A stretch of DNA of 53,518 nt, the filler included, from Basidiobolus ranarum (lineage: Eukaryota), in the NCBI GenBank assembly GCA_040143965.1. It is 4 parts of 4 records of this genome, joined end to end, with 100 filler letters (N's around TTAATTAATTAA, not from the genome) between each part and the next. Parts side by side here need not be neighbours in the genome. Positions count along the whole stretch, not along the records: positions 40,248 to 53,518 come from JASJQH010007368.1; 3 more parts are not named here. One strand, given 5' to 3'. The notes under the pieces were generated by a model. The model was not told the origin of the DNA. It made no database searches and saw only the letters and a list, made by a program, of their open reading frames with translations. Both the position numbers and the translations under genes were made by a program. Shown here piece by piece: positions 40,733-53,518 of the stretch; positions within the stretch are counted from its first letter, which is position 1; every line of letters starts with the position of its first letter.

Positions 40733-41449
40733 TAAAGTGGACTATATTTCATAGTATTCATCGATACTATGGCTGAGCCAGTGTAAAAATGCTATGCTTA
40801 GATACTACTGCCTATAGAAATGTGAAGTTCAATATTATTGGGAATGTTTGGACAAATGAGCGTTTATTGGAGGAGACTATTCAAGTGTAAGCACATGAAG
40901 TGTAAAGGAATCTTGATGTAACCTTATCGCTGCCAAATAGCAATGAATATGAAATGCCTGTAGATGATCCGGTTCTTGATAGAAGATATATATTCTCAGG
41001 GTCGCCATGAGTATTCTAACAATGCAACATCTATAAATATTTAATCATACCTTCTAAAAAGAACGAGCCCCGTAAGCCACTAATATCCAGTTTATATATT
41101 TGTTAGATATTAATGATACTGTTCACTATTTGAAACTAATGGGTACATTGAAGTCATATATATAGGATATATTCAACCAGACTCGGTGTCTAATGACATA
41201 TAACATACCTACTATAATCTTAACTTTAATATGTCTAACGAACGTTCCATAAAGTAGATCTATTTTAATATACAACCTTAAGCGTGATTTAATTAGACAA
41301 TGATAATAATGTGATTTATATTTCAAAAATGGACTGATTCTATTCCACTACGATGAAAGAAATCTACTGCTTTTCGGTATCTTAATCACTATTGTCATTC
41401 TAACATATTAAAACAATGATACTTGCTTCTTGTTGGATATCTTAACACT

Positions 41450-43280
41450 ATCATATAATATATCAAGCATACAACGGAGGTGAGGTATTAGACGCTACTG
41501 ATGTGCCTGGATGACTTTGGAACTCTAGATTCTAAGTGAATTTCTGCCATCCTAGTATAACAGGCGAACACTAATGGATGAAAAAGAAAACAGAGGAATG
41601 GGAAGTGAAAACCTTCTCATCATCAGACAGATGTTTATAACACTTTAATCAACCAATACACAGCGCATGGAAATTTCAATTCTGTTTCAATAAAGAGATG
41701 CCACTAGAATACTTTAGACTTGGAGTAACTCTATATCGTTCCTATTTAAAAAAAAGTCGTACAGCCTTCAATTGTAATAGCGAGTAAAGAAGCGCTTGTT
41801 GGTCGTTATACAGATCTGATTATCCCTAGTGTTCAGAACTATGGGAACACTTCAGACAGCTGCCTCCAATTCCGTCGCCTAAAGCGAGTATCATGGATTC
41901 GACCGTTTATCTAGTAGTTGTTGATAGTACTGCTTGAAGTAACTTCACACTTGCAATCCAAGCATCATTGCCTGTTAAGTATAGACTGTACAGGATACTG
42001 AAGCAGAAATAGTAAGTTGGTATTGGGTTAGGAAAGTCCATATATGGCTGATCTAACCCACAGCAGGTCAATGATGTATTATTATTATACAGCTGTGACG
42101 TCTTCTGCCAGTCAACAAAAAGCGGACCTACAGCCTATGGCCCAGAGCTCAAGAAATGCAAAAACGGATGCAATCACACATACTCAATTGAGGCTAAATG
42201 AGAGCTTGATCTCCAGATTCACTTACAACATATGCAGGCATGTAGTGACAATAGGGCGCTGATGGATACAAGCATCTTGGCAGAATGATCTGATTGTATT
42301 AGCTAAGTATGAGATGCATGATCAGACGATTAACCTTCTGATTAAGTTGGTCAAGGCCCGAAATAGGCAGTCGGTCCGAGATGATGAGTTGGAACACCCT
42401 AGAGATGGAAAGGTAAAGTCGGCCCTTGATTTGCACCTGCAGAGAGATCGTTTCGCACCAAATTTAGCTTCCAATCGAGCGATATGTTGCATTCCCTTAG
42501 CCAATGTGGCTATTTTTTTCTGGTGGTCAAATTGGTCTGAAATCACATGCATGTGCTGATTGTCGGTCTATCGCAGAAAAAAACCGATGCCACTGCTTTT
42601 AGAATGCACACTAGGTAATTTCTATCCAATATAGAATTAGTCAGATTGGAATTCATCACGGAGACCCATTTTACCGAGACAGTCATTAATCAAGTCCTCT
42701 TCGACTGTCGTGCACTTCATCAGCTTCATCTAATTACCGTGGCTCAACTGTCGCTTTCACATGCAAGAATGTGGGTTACACAGGAAGGAACTGCATCACC
42801 ACAGGGGCCAAGCTAGGTTGTGCCTGTCGCTCAACATTGGGCTTCGCTGATGCTCTGAATGTTATGGCATCAGTGGGGTCAACATATGATGGTTCCTCTT
42901 TGGAGGAGGGTGACGTTGGAATGATCCCAACCGGAGTGTCTAAAATTTGCTCTTGCTAGTCATCTTTTCTCCTCACAGTGTTTGGTAATGAGTTGTGAGC
43001 CAACCAGGTGACTTCGTTCTCGATAAGACATCCCATTTCTTTTACTCAGTTGGTATTAAATATTTAAATGGAACCCGAAAGGAGCCTGAAAATTCTTGTT
43101 TTAGAATACTCACGTATGGCGGAAACTGATTGGTGTGGGCTGATCGTTTTTTCAGGTGTATAAATAGAGCTAGATGGTTCATCTAACCTGGACGTTTCTA
43201 TTGGTGTTCTTTTTACTCGTCTTGTTTTCAACAATAACATTAGTAACCTCTTGACATATTGTACTTGGTGCATTCCTTAC
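41450..43280 (-). pseudogene. Possible decayed multi-exon gene, unidentified
   Basis: Exon-like pieces with splice signals (DQFDHQKKIATLAKGMQHIARLEAKF|GTGCG; SDLYNDQQALLYSLLQLKA|GTACG), interrupted by stops and frameshifts. Confidence 0.3.
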
Positions 43281-43520
43281 CTGTGCTAGAGGACAGCCTT
43301 TTCTGTCTGTTGTTGCCTATACCAATTACCCCCTACTTTCGCTACGAGCAAACAATATCTAGATCATTCCGATATACACGAGTGACAAGGTGATATTTCT
43401 CCTACAGTAACGTGCGTTTTGCTGTATCTCCGAGCTCTCAAATCATCTCTTATCAAACTAGAGAATATAAATTCTCCCCGATACTCTTTCTTTTCCACTC
43501 CCCTGCGTTAGGATTCCATT

Positions 43521-45157
43521 ATGTTGCCTGATTCCTTTCTTACGCGACTACTAGTTCGTCTCTCGGTTATGGGGTTGTCTAGTGTCACAATCTTCTCCTT
43601 TGTTTATTTTGGTTACTGTTTGCACATGAGAGGAAGTTTGAGTCCACCAACAGAACTTCCTTTCCTACCTGGTGTACAAGGTCACATTGTTCATTTGATA
43701 CATTGGTGGTTCGCTTTCGAGATGTTGTTTTATGTGTGGTTTCTTTCTACTCGCAATAGATTACAAAAGCCCAGGCCGTCAGTTAGTCTACCTAAAGACA
43801 AACGTATTGAGCTATTAGAAAGCTGTTTGAAGCTTGTTCACGATGTAAATGGGTTTTTGGAAAGTTGGTTTGATGTTGGCCATCACCAGACCAAAGTGGC
43901 CGATATCTATCGAGATAATATGGTGGCATGGTAAATTTGTCTTATGTCCAACTTTTTAAAAAGGTTTTTAGTGACTAATTACTTATTTTAATCCATGTAC
44001 GTAGGTTGAGTTGGGTTTTCTTCACCACTTCGTATGAAACCTTAGCTGATGATCCAGAAATCGTCAAGGAATTGAACGAAATGGTGGACTTCATTGAAGC
44101 AGAAAAGGGCATTAAATTTCCGGAGGGATACAACTCCAATGCCAAGTGTATTCGACTGAACATCGATCCCGTCAATGCAATCCACCGACCTCTGATCTTT
44201 TACGCTGTAAGTGTGACCCAAGTTGAGCTTATGCTCTCGTATTCCTCTTCTTACTTAATTTTCTTTAATTAGTGCATATTTGGATTGGACTTCACCGCCA
44301 AATTCCTGTTGGCCTTTCTTGGTTTTCGTAACTACACGAAGGATGAAAGTAAGAAGGCTAGCTTTTGGTCAGAATCTATGGAATTTGATTTAAAAGATGA
44401 GTCTGGAGGGAAAAAATACACCTTACCCTATTGGTTCTACGATCCTACAAAGTCATGGTTCGGTTTAAGCTCAAGGAAACGGAACATCAAAGCGAAACCC
44501 ATTGTATTTGTGCATGGGATTGGCCCAGGGCTAGGATGTTATCTAATGTTCATATGGAAGTTGATCAAAATAGGTCAGCCTATCTTTTTAGTAGAGCTTC
44601 CATATGTTAGCATGAGGTTTATTGAAGAGGCGCCGTCAATGGAGGAGCTTGGCCGTGAGATAGAGGCTATGTTGGAGTCCCATGGGTTTAGAAATGCTTG
44701 CTTTATTGGACATTCACTGGGTTCGATAGTGGTTTCATGGATGGTAAATCATCACCTCAAGCGAGTTCGAAGTGCGTTTTTCATTGACCCGATCTGTTTC
44801 TTACTATTCCATCCCTCAGTGGCATACAACTTTGTTTATCGAGTTCCGAAGACTGCTAGAGAGCACCTTTTGCGTTACTATGCATCACAGGAGTTGTTTA
44901 TTAGCAATTTTATCAGCAGGTATTTTATTTGGTTCCATTCGTTACTCCTGACCGATCGTATTAGTCTGCCCAAGAAGATGTTTGTTTATCTGTCAGAGAA
45001 TGATCTATTAGTGCCCACTAGGGTGGTGGAGAAATACCTCAAAGATACAAACGTTCATTGCCGAGTCTTTGACGGCTTGGACCATGCATCGTTTTTATTC
45101 AGTCCTAAAGAGGAGAATGAGATTATAGAGAATGTCAAAAGATGTGTTTGTCCTTGA
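43521..45157 (+). CDS. Membrane-anchored alpha/beta hydrolase, 3 exons
   Basis: N-terminal TMs; IVFVHGIGPG oxyanion motif; GHSLG nucleophile elbow; FIDPICFLL; ENDLLVP; LDHASF. Confidence 0.88.
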
Positions 45158-46186
45158 AACTCAACCGAACTGTCTAAAACAAACCCAAAGACCACCCACC
45201 TATTCATATAAGTCCACTTATGAGTCCGTATTTAGTTCTTACCATCTATTTTTCACCTCGGACTGTAGTTGATTTTTGTATTCACTACTCATACCAGCAA
45301 CTATTTTTTGTTATTGTAAAGACATATATATAGAGCCGTATTTGTCAAGCCTGCTGGTCGAAGAGTAACCAAACATATTAATTTAATCTCTTTAAACTAT
45401 TAAACTCCATTCAAGCTACCTACATTTTGATTCATCATATGCATACAGAGACCATTCATCCGGTGCCACATGATGTATTCCAGAGCATATATCTTGACTC
45501 TATTGCTTCTTATGCGAACTATGACACCCTCAAAAGAGTAGTTAAACTCATGACCTAGAACACATAGAGTAATCAACCTCAGCCTTAACCCATCAATCAG
45601 ACTACAAGGCATCTTTTATTAACAATATGAGGATGAGGATATCTGAGAATTCAGGTGCAAGTTTTTTTATTCCACATTAACAGGAATGGATATATTTTAC
45701 AGTATTGGGATAAAAGGAAGTTCCAACAATTATGGGGTAGATGGTTGCTAATGAATTCTGTGGATTTTCTACTCTAAAGACCTAACTAGACTTCAGCAAT
45801 ATTTTGTTTCTTTACTTCATCTATAGAAATGTCCTTTTTAGCCTAAAAGCTATTGAAGGATCCATCCCAATCTGTGGTAGTCACATGTGTTCCCAGTGAA
45901 TGCATATTTAAATTTTCTGATCAAGCTTTACCCTTCACTTGGTCATTTTGACTTTGGCCATGCAATTAGAAGACTCTTGTATTTTTATAGCAGTTCTATG
46001 TTGAGAAGATATCTCTAATCGTTAACCCAACATACAATGTTTATTTTAGCTGGCTATTTGGGAATATGAACAAGGGTCATTGATTATACAATAGAATCCC
46101 AGAAACATCTCTCGAATGGTCCATATGTCAATATAAAGAAATGAGGAAGGAGAAGAGAGGGGATATTTACAATATGAAGACTAGTG

Positions 46187-46529
46187 TTAATGATTATGGA
46201 GACTCTCGAAAAGTTTAGAGTCAATGGTGCTTAATTTTACATCAGAAGAAGCCCGTTTTCTAGTTGGATGTTCGTCGTCATACTCCTCCCAAGGATATCC
46301 ATCCGTGGCGTCCGTGTCACCCACTATATCAAGTTCGTCAGAGGGACGGCCCCAATTAAATCCTCCAGCACCTTCTTTCTTGGGGAGTCTCCGAGGATCT
46401 TGGTATCCTGATCTAAAAATAATGAGAAATAAAGCATTGAATTTATCCTAGGCCGTGTCATACATACCTGTTAAAGTGACGCTCTCCCGCGACGGCCGCA
46501 GTAGAATTATGAGGTTTGGTGCGAGTCAT
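46187..46529 (-). CDS. STF2/TMA10-like small hydrophilic protein; exons 46529-46468, 46412-46187
   Basis: MTRTKPHNSTAAVAGERHFNRSGYQDPRRLPKKEGAGGFNWGRPSDE..., compared with yeast Stf2 MTRT...KKQGSGKGNWGKPGDE. GTATG..TAG intron; TATA-like TATAAAA ~90 bp upstream. Absent from the ORF track. Confidence 0.85.
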
Positions 46530-46661
46530 ATCCAGAGGGAATGGAAAATAGTTATACCGTAGTTGGATCGCAAGATGAGTTAAAGTCTGAAAAGTTCAAA
46601 GCGTAGACAAGACAAGGTTTTTATAAAGGTATATATAGGCCAAAGGTTGGTGGCAAGGCGA

Positions 46662-48050
46662 TTATAGAAATAGAGCAGCTGACTCTCCATCGAGCCAATC
46701 GTTGATCCAAGACTTGTAAAACTGAAGCCACTCAAAACCAAAATCATCCTGGGCCTACCACTACAACAATATAGATACCCTCCAGATCCTCTCACTCACC
46801 TGAAATGCTTCCGATGAACATGACGCGATTCCCTTAACCAAAACTTCGCATAAGAGAACTAGATGACTCTGCTCCAATGGACTCAGGGGTTTGGGACACT
46901 GGTCCGCGACGCATTGAAGTATCCAGGCGAGAATTGCCTAAAGAAGAACAAAGCACTGTCTTAGACATTATGCAAGCGCATGTCTCTACCAAAGATTGGC
47001 AAATGCAAGTGACGCGAATACATTATGTATTTAGCAGCAACAACTCACCTACACAGGAATATGACAAGTGAGCATGACCGTATGGCCAGGCCGGATCTGG
47101 CCAATATGGATCCTAGCCAATGTGGTGACTCCATGGCTCTTCGTGGCCGCTTTACTGCCATTTCTTCGATGGCCACCAAGACTTGTCAAGAAAGGCGGCT
47201 GCAGGCTGTAGTGTTCTAAAACTAGAACCATCGCCAACATACACTAGAAATCTCCGCTGTTTGCATTTCCACTTTGGGTACACAGTGCGGCCGTGTCTTT
47301 GTATGTTTTTGCATACTCCTAGCAATCATTGCAGTGGAGGAGACTGGCTGATCTACGCAGAGACTGCTAACGATGATTGGTTTATATCGATTTGGCCGTA
47401 TCCGCTTGTGGCTTGAAAGCCCCCGTGAGCCAATCATTTTGACTAGCGTAAGTCACCTCATCCAGCATCCAGGGCCGCATCTCATTCGCGAGGAATCAGT
47501 CTTGGCAAGCCATGGCTATTTGGAGTTCAGTTGGCGACTGTGCTGCTGGAAGGTTACATCTACAGTGTGACTAGAGTTGTAATAAAACTAGATTGATCGG
47601 GTTCCCCACAGTGGGCTTGGCATCAGCGAAGCTACTTTTGGACCGGAGAAACTGAGCTTCACGCTCACAGAACACCCAAATTCAACATCCTTTCTTGGCA
47701 GCGCTCTATGGGAATTTGAGTATTGCCTGATTACCCAATCGATATGCGTTGATCCATGGGCATCTGATTCTCAGTAATTATGAGCTAATCCAAATTGGTT
47801 AGGCTAGACACTGCTTGGGTGCTGCGCTCTTCGCATTGTCCAAAGAATCCAAACCCTCTTCGCCTCCACACATTATACTCTTCTTTCTCCGGACACCAGA
47901 CCCCATTGTTGCTGACACGATCATCCTGTTTGTGATCCTTGTTGGTGAGGTAACCTTTGGCAAGTGATGATTCAGCTGTTTGCCAGCACCTCAGACTTTC
48001 TTGGTCCGCGATTTCATGATATGCAAAGGAAAATTAAACTTATTGTAAGA
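46662..48050 (-). pseudogene. Possible decayed multi-exon gene, unidentified
   Basis: Clean exons 46937-46800 (AILAWILQCVADQ...EAFQ) and 46754-46662 (AQDDFGFEWLQFYKSWINDWLDGESAALFL*). Upstream exon-like frames contain in-frame stops. Confidence 0.35.
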
Positions 48051-48509
48051 TTTACCAATAAGGTTTGAGCACCATGAAATAGACTTGATCAGAGGGGAAT
48101 TTATCCCACCTCTTCTGGATAATATCCATCTGTTTAACTCTTGATCCGGATATTTTCGTCCACCGTATTCCCATATATTGTGAAATACCAGCTTCACGAC
48201 CTCTTCCACACTTGACTAGTATTTTCGTTTTCGCTTTCGCTTTCACTTTAAAGTTCCTTTTTGTTTGAAGTCCTCTCCTATAAATTAGTCCCATGTCAAA
48301 CAGATTGTGTGATAATGTCCAGGAGTTTATTGATATATCGTGCCACATAAATGGTACGCATCACGCTTATTAGTGCGTTTATATTGTACTTACATTCTTT
48401 GTTCAACTTAGTATTACTTCACAAAACCTCCGATGAGTTGATTCGCAAGCGTTCACTCGAACACATAACCAAATCCCGTAGTGGGGAAGGTTGCGATTCA
48501 GATACTTTA

Positions 48510-49639
48510 ATGAATGCCGATATCAACAACCTCTCTTCTTGTCTTCAAGGTACAACCCAGCCATTAAGCCTATCAAATTTCAACCTTTCTTATTCTCACC
48601 CTTGTCAATATTAGTTTTGGAGCTTCGAAAACGAGTATGCGAAGACATCAAAACTCTAAACCAGATGTATACCAAACTAGTTGGTCAAGAATATACTGCA
48701 CAGTACGTGACTGAAGTAGAGATCACTATAAAAGAACTGGAGCAAACGTTAGAGAAAGCTATTGAAGGTATTCCGGTATTATAGGCTATCACTCACCTCA
48801 CTCTCTTCTCTAATATTATTTATCTGTTCATCACAGTGATACAAAACCAAGCAGACCGTCTCTCTTCGGGCATAACAGATTGTCTAACCGATTGTGATTT
48901 TTTTCGTAAACCAAGTACCCCTTGTGAATCAGGAGAAGACGAGTTCTCAGACCCACTCACCAAAGATACCTCACCCATTCACAAGACGAATATCGCCTTA
49001 AGTAGTAAACTTAGTACACTACTTGCCATATCATGTTATAAGGAGAGTGATGAAGAAAGTGAAGAATTCTTTTACGAAATAGGACATGGAAATAATCATT
49101 CGAACTTGTCAATAGCTTCATATCAGAATCCTCGATTAGATGATAATATGGTTAGTTCTTATCTCGGTAATATCATCGGTCTGATGGTATACTGGTTACT
49201 AACCTATCCCTTATATATTTAGAGTGAATACTCAACACCTGACCTCTCTCCAGTAGAGGCTAATTTTGATTATGAAAGTTACCATCAATCTGAAGTGTTT
49301 GCCGAGGATGTGACAGTTACTAACCCGGTGAAAATCGGTACAGGGGTGGGTTCCTATACTGCCTATACATGTATAACAAAAACCTCTCGAGGAGGTACCA
49401 TTACCGTTAAAAAACGGTATTCGGAGTTTGTAATGTTAAGAAAATTGGTGATCAAATACTTCAAACCTTTCAAGAGAGGGATTCCCAAGCTACCAGAAAA
49501 GAAGACAGTAGGACGATTTAACCCAGCATTTATCGAAAGTCGTAGAAAAGGACTGGAATACTTTCTAGCTTACGTCTTACTTCACCCTATTATCGGTGGA
49601 AGTGCTATCGTTCGAAAGTGGTCTATGGGACAAATATGA
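48510..49639 (+). CDS. PX-domain protein, Ypt35-like, 4 exons
   Basis: C-terminal PX: SYTAYTC..TVKKRYSEFVMLR..IPKLPEKK..GRF..FIESRRKGLEYFLAYVLLHP. An alternative in-frame start lies at 48351. Confidence 0.8.
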
Positions 49640-50449
49640 TGGATATCAATGAATACCAAACTTACACTCACATCCACATCCACACCCGCATGTAAAAAGT
49701 CGAAATGTTGTCACGTAATTTTGTAATTAACTACTCATTCCCCCATGATCTATGAGCTCTACTATAGATTGATGGAGATAACACTTTGGTTTACTACACC
49801 ATCTCTGTGGTTGCATTCGATGCTAATTGAATCCAATTTTTTGGATAAAAATATGATTTATCCGACTTCATGTTTTATTTCTTTAACTGCTACTCAGAAC
49901 CTTCCCTCTCTTGGCCTTTTGCCAATTCCCCTCACCTACAATATATTGCTGGTTACTCCGTATCAATCAGAACTCTTGCCATCAAGAAGTCTCTACCACT
50001 TCCCTCCAATTTTGTGTCGGTCAGCTAGCCGTCGAAATTTCTATACATAATAAACCATAAACCATATAGCATATAAGTCGACCTCGTATCACAATCAAAG
50101 CGGCACTATTGGAGGAGGGCGGTGGTATCTATGTAACGAATATAAATAGGCAAAAGAATTCTGCACTAAATTTAACTCCACCTCCTAGCCACTCGAATAG
50201 GTTACCCAAGACGCATTTGTGTACGGAATCCGTTGTGAGCGTGGGGTGGCGGCGTTGCCAACGTTGCCAATATTCCAAGTAGAAATAGATATGGAATAAA
50301 ATTTATTTAACCAAAGTAACATAATTGGTCAGCAATAACCCTGCATTAAGGGAATGGTTTTAATTTACATCAACTGAATTATATCAATAGAACATCATAA
50401 AAAGTGCAAATTTCGATGGAGAAAAGAACTCTCTGTAAGTAAAGTGTAT

Positions 50450-53172
50450 CTAGCTTTGATCCATCACTTCAGAAACTGAATCCTTGGGGAAATTGTAGTG
50501 GGATTGAGACTCGGTGAGTTGAACCAGCTCTTTGATTGCTTGAATTACTTTAGGCGAAGATAATATTTCTTCTGGGATACTGGGTGAAGCAGTGGGGAAA
50601 TGCTAAAGAGGCAATTTCTGGTAAACAGTCGATTCATCCAGTCAATAAAAATGTAAGCATACCGTGGGATCATTGAAGCTGCTGTGGCAAGTAAAAACAG
50701 CGTGGCAGAAGACGAAGCGAGTGATAAACCTACGAAGGAAATCATCTTGAAGGAACTTGGTGGCTTTGTCTAAAATAAATCAATATCAATCACTGCTCGC
50801 CATAAATAGTATCATTCACCTACCAAGTTGTGATGCTAATAAAAGCTCACTTATCTCATCTTCCAGTGTAGAAACTAGCTCAGTACATTTAGTCCAATCA
50901 ACGGAAGACATTTGAGTGGTTTGGGAAACAAAGCTGAAACCCAATAGAGGGGAATGCAAAAACAGTGTAAAGAGGTTTCCAACTTGAGCAATATCTAGAA
51001 TCATCCCGTTAGAACTGAATCACCCTTGACAAACATATTCCAGAGTAGCAAACCTTTGATTGGATACTCGGTAGGTGAAAGTAAGCACATAAACGGTTGG
51101 TTGAATGGAGTGCAGATACTCTAAAGAATGGTGTTAACAATCAGAGTTACAACCCACGAGTTAATTCAGAACTCCAAATACCTTGAACGCCTGGCTATTA
51201 TTGCTATCCACAATAAGGAACAATGGTTTTCTAGTAAAAGGAAGAATGTCTTCAGGATGAAGACAATGAGTCAATGTATTAGTATCAGAGCTTTCATTCT
51301 TATCAGGGATCTTTCGGTAAGCGGTAGCAACACCACCAGAGTATGCTGCATTAACAATACAAGTCTTAGTGAGAATCAAAAATGCACAGCTATTGTGAGC
51401 TCTAGTTTACAGTTATTGTCCGTGGGCTCAAGTTTAACTCCGTCAGCTGATAAATAAAGCAACAGTGCGGAGTTCTCATTGATTTCCTGAGCAAATGACA
51501 AGGTTAACAGGTACTCGTAATTAGTAGGTGAAATTCACCGACTTTACCTTAAAGGCGTTGGCAAGGTAAACGACGAGTTGACTGTAATTAGGACGGTATA
51601 ATAAAAACTTATGAGGGTTAACTCTGCGGGCAGTTGCTTTATCCTTAGTATTAGTAGGTGGCGCGTTGACTTGGTCTTCAAGTGATCCTTCTTCACGATG
51701 ATGTGATTTGTCTGCGCCACTGGAACCTTCGGTATTTGCCATAGTCTTCGAACCTACAGGCTCTCTCTCTAAATTGAAACAAAGGGTAAGCAACAACCGC
51801 TGATGACTATTTAAAGGAGGCTAGATTACCAAGTGACTGCAGCATCCTATACATATCCAATGTAAGTTCAGAAAATTTGATCTGTAAATGGTTTACGAAA
51901 GTATAAGTAGTCTGTGGTTGTATGATGGTATTCAAATGATCATTACTTGGTTCTGACAATTTCCAACCAAGATAGCTTCTTGCAATTTCATTTTAGGACC
52001 ATCTTTCTCGAGGCGGGGGGTTTTTTCCAATCCTAGTCTATTGGAGAAAGGTAAGGCTGTCCCTTCGGGGGTAACAGGAATTAAATGTTTCTCAGCCTAT
52101 ATAACGTTGGATTAAAGAGAGCACGGCTTCATTCGATGTAAAGGATCTTTCACTTACCTCTAGGAAGGTAGAGATTTCCTGCAGAACCAATTGCCATTCG
52201 GAAGAATCAGAAGATTTGAATGTTTTGGCGTAATCTTCAACAAATACGGTGAGTTCTGCAAGAAGCTTCCGTACGGAGGCCCTTTTATTAAGAAGAAGGC
52301 AGACCACAATAAAACGTGCATAGTATCTTAATTTCTTAATCATCAACGCAGGGCTGATTGAAGGGAAGTACGTTAGAAGAGATACGCTGAAAAAAAGAGA
52401 GCAATCACGATCGAATATTACTTTTTTGAATCCAGGACATCCTTGAAATATGCCCTTTCACGGATAGCTTCATAAAAGACGTAGGACTCTTGCAAGTAAT
52501 TGGTTTCGCTTGTTCTCAGACTATATGTCATACATTTTACTATTAATCTTTGTCACATTTAGACATATACATCAAGCCTGCACTTACTAGTAGTGATAAT
52601 ATAGCTGTCCAATTTTTGAGGCAACCTCACCAACCTCCCAACGCTTCAGACCATAATTATCCTTATTTTCAAGAACAGTCCTTGGAAAAAGTGAAAGATG
52701 AGTACATAATATTCAACATTTGAGGATGAAAACCCCGTTAGAAGATACCTATGTTGTTGCTGAAACTTCCATAACTGATATAAACATAAGTATATTAAAA
52801 CTCTGGTTCTTTTGACTTGATGAATTGGCAAGAGCAATACTTACTTTGGTGTAAATTTCAAAAGTACGCTGAAAATAAGGCTGCCACTGACGTCCACCAG
52901 TTGGAGAAAGCTCTCTATAAAAATGGAGCGTGTAAATTTCATAAATACAAGTTTGTCATCCGGAATAGTAAATTACTCTACCTGAGACCGGCAAACAACT
53001 GTTGACTTTTTTCCAATAAATATTGAAATTCTTCGACGATTCGCTGATGAGCTGGGTTAATGGATTGCTCTCCCTCTTTACTAGCATTCATGTCATCTAC
53101 GGATTCATCTAATTTTGTATCGTGAGCAACATTATTAAGCCCTGCGGCACTGTTATTTGAAACGTCCTCCAT
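50450..53172 (-). CDS. SCAI: SCAI (DUF3550) homolog, multi-exon
   Basis: EFQYLLEKSQQLFAGLRD; YTKLWKFQQQHR; GLKRWEVGEVASKIGQLYYHYYLRTSET; KKLRYYARFIVVCLLL; NPHKFLLYRP. Confidence 0.95.
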
Positions 53173-53518
53173 TTCTGCTGAAACTATAACTAATTAGGTA
53201 CAGTGTGAAAGCAAGAAGTCGCGTCCTCAATCAATATCGTGTCAAGTAAATCAACTCTTACAATTAAGTGACGTGACTCCATCGCAGTAGGGACCACACC
53301 CTCGAATTGATTTTACCCATTAAATTACGCTAACCATTGCACAAGCCATTGGATAGGCTTAGGACTTAGAATGAGACTCATTGAAAACCAATTAACAGTT
53401 TTGATCCTTACTTGGGATACATTAATCATAATAGTAAGAATACCCAAGCCCAGTGTGAATTCAAGTTTGCTTCCTGTTCCCCCACATGGAATCGAAAGTC
53501 TACGGCGGCAATACAGTT

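Noticed and set aside
52681..52748. SCAI intron starting GTATCTTC as a possible U12 intron
   Set aside because: Deviates from GTATCCTT and lacks a TCCTTAAC branch point near the 3' end.

Overview
Eukaryotic, intron-rich fungal DNA with short GT-AG introns. The gene set (SCAI, Asterix, animal-type PanK) points to an early-diverging fungus, Basidiobolus/Zoopagomycota-like by inference. The window is not one locus. It is four contigs (13,341; 13,323; 13,283; 13,271 bp, in descending size) joined by artificial 100-bp N44-TTAATTAATTAA-N44 spacers. Contig 1: small secreted protein, Asterix/PAT10, GID4, an orphan tail-anchored coiled-coil gene, a CpG-free repeat tract and an intron-containing YwqG/DUF1963-like gene. 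Contig 2: NOC2 (truncated), ERCC8/CSA, a mini PP1-docking protein, pantothenate kinase, PAB1, a PGAP4-like glycosyltransferase and repeats. Contig 3: a polyQ gene start, histone H4, a diverged VTI1, RNR small subunit, MVD1, WDR6/TRM734 and repeats. Contig 4: repeats, two decayed gene-like tracts, an alpha/beta hydrolase, an STF2/TMA10-like gene, a YPT35-like PX protein and SCAI. I found no convincing novel multi-gene system. The best leads are single-gene oddities (DUF1963-like gene, mini PP1 regulator, animal-type PanK, EDD-less glycosyltransferase) and a CpG-free ~340-bp repeat family. All exon structures were read by hand and family assignments come from motif recognition, not database searches.
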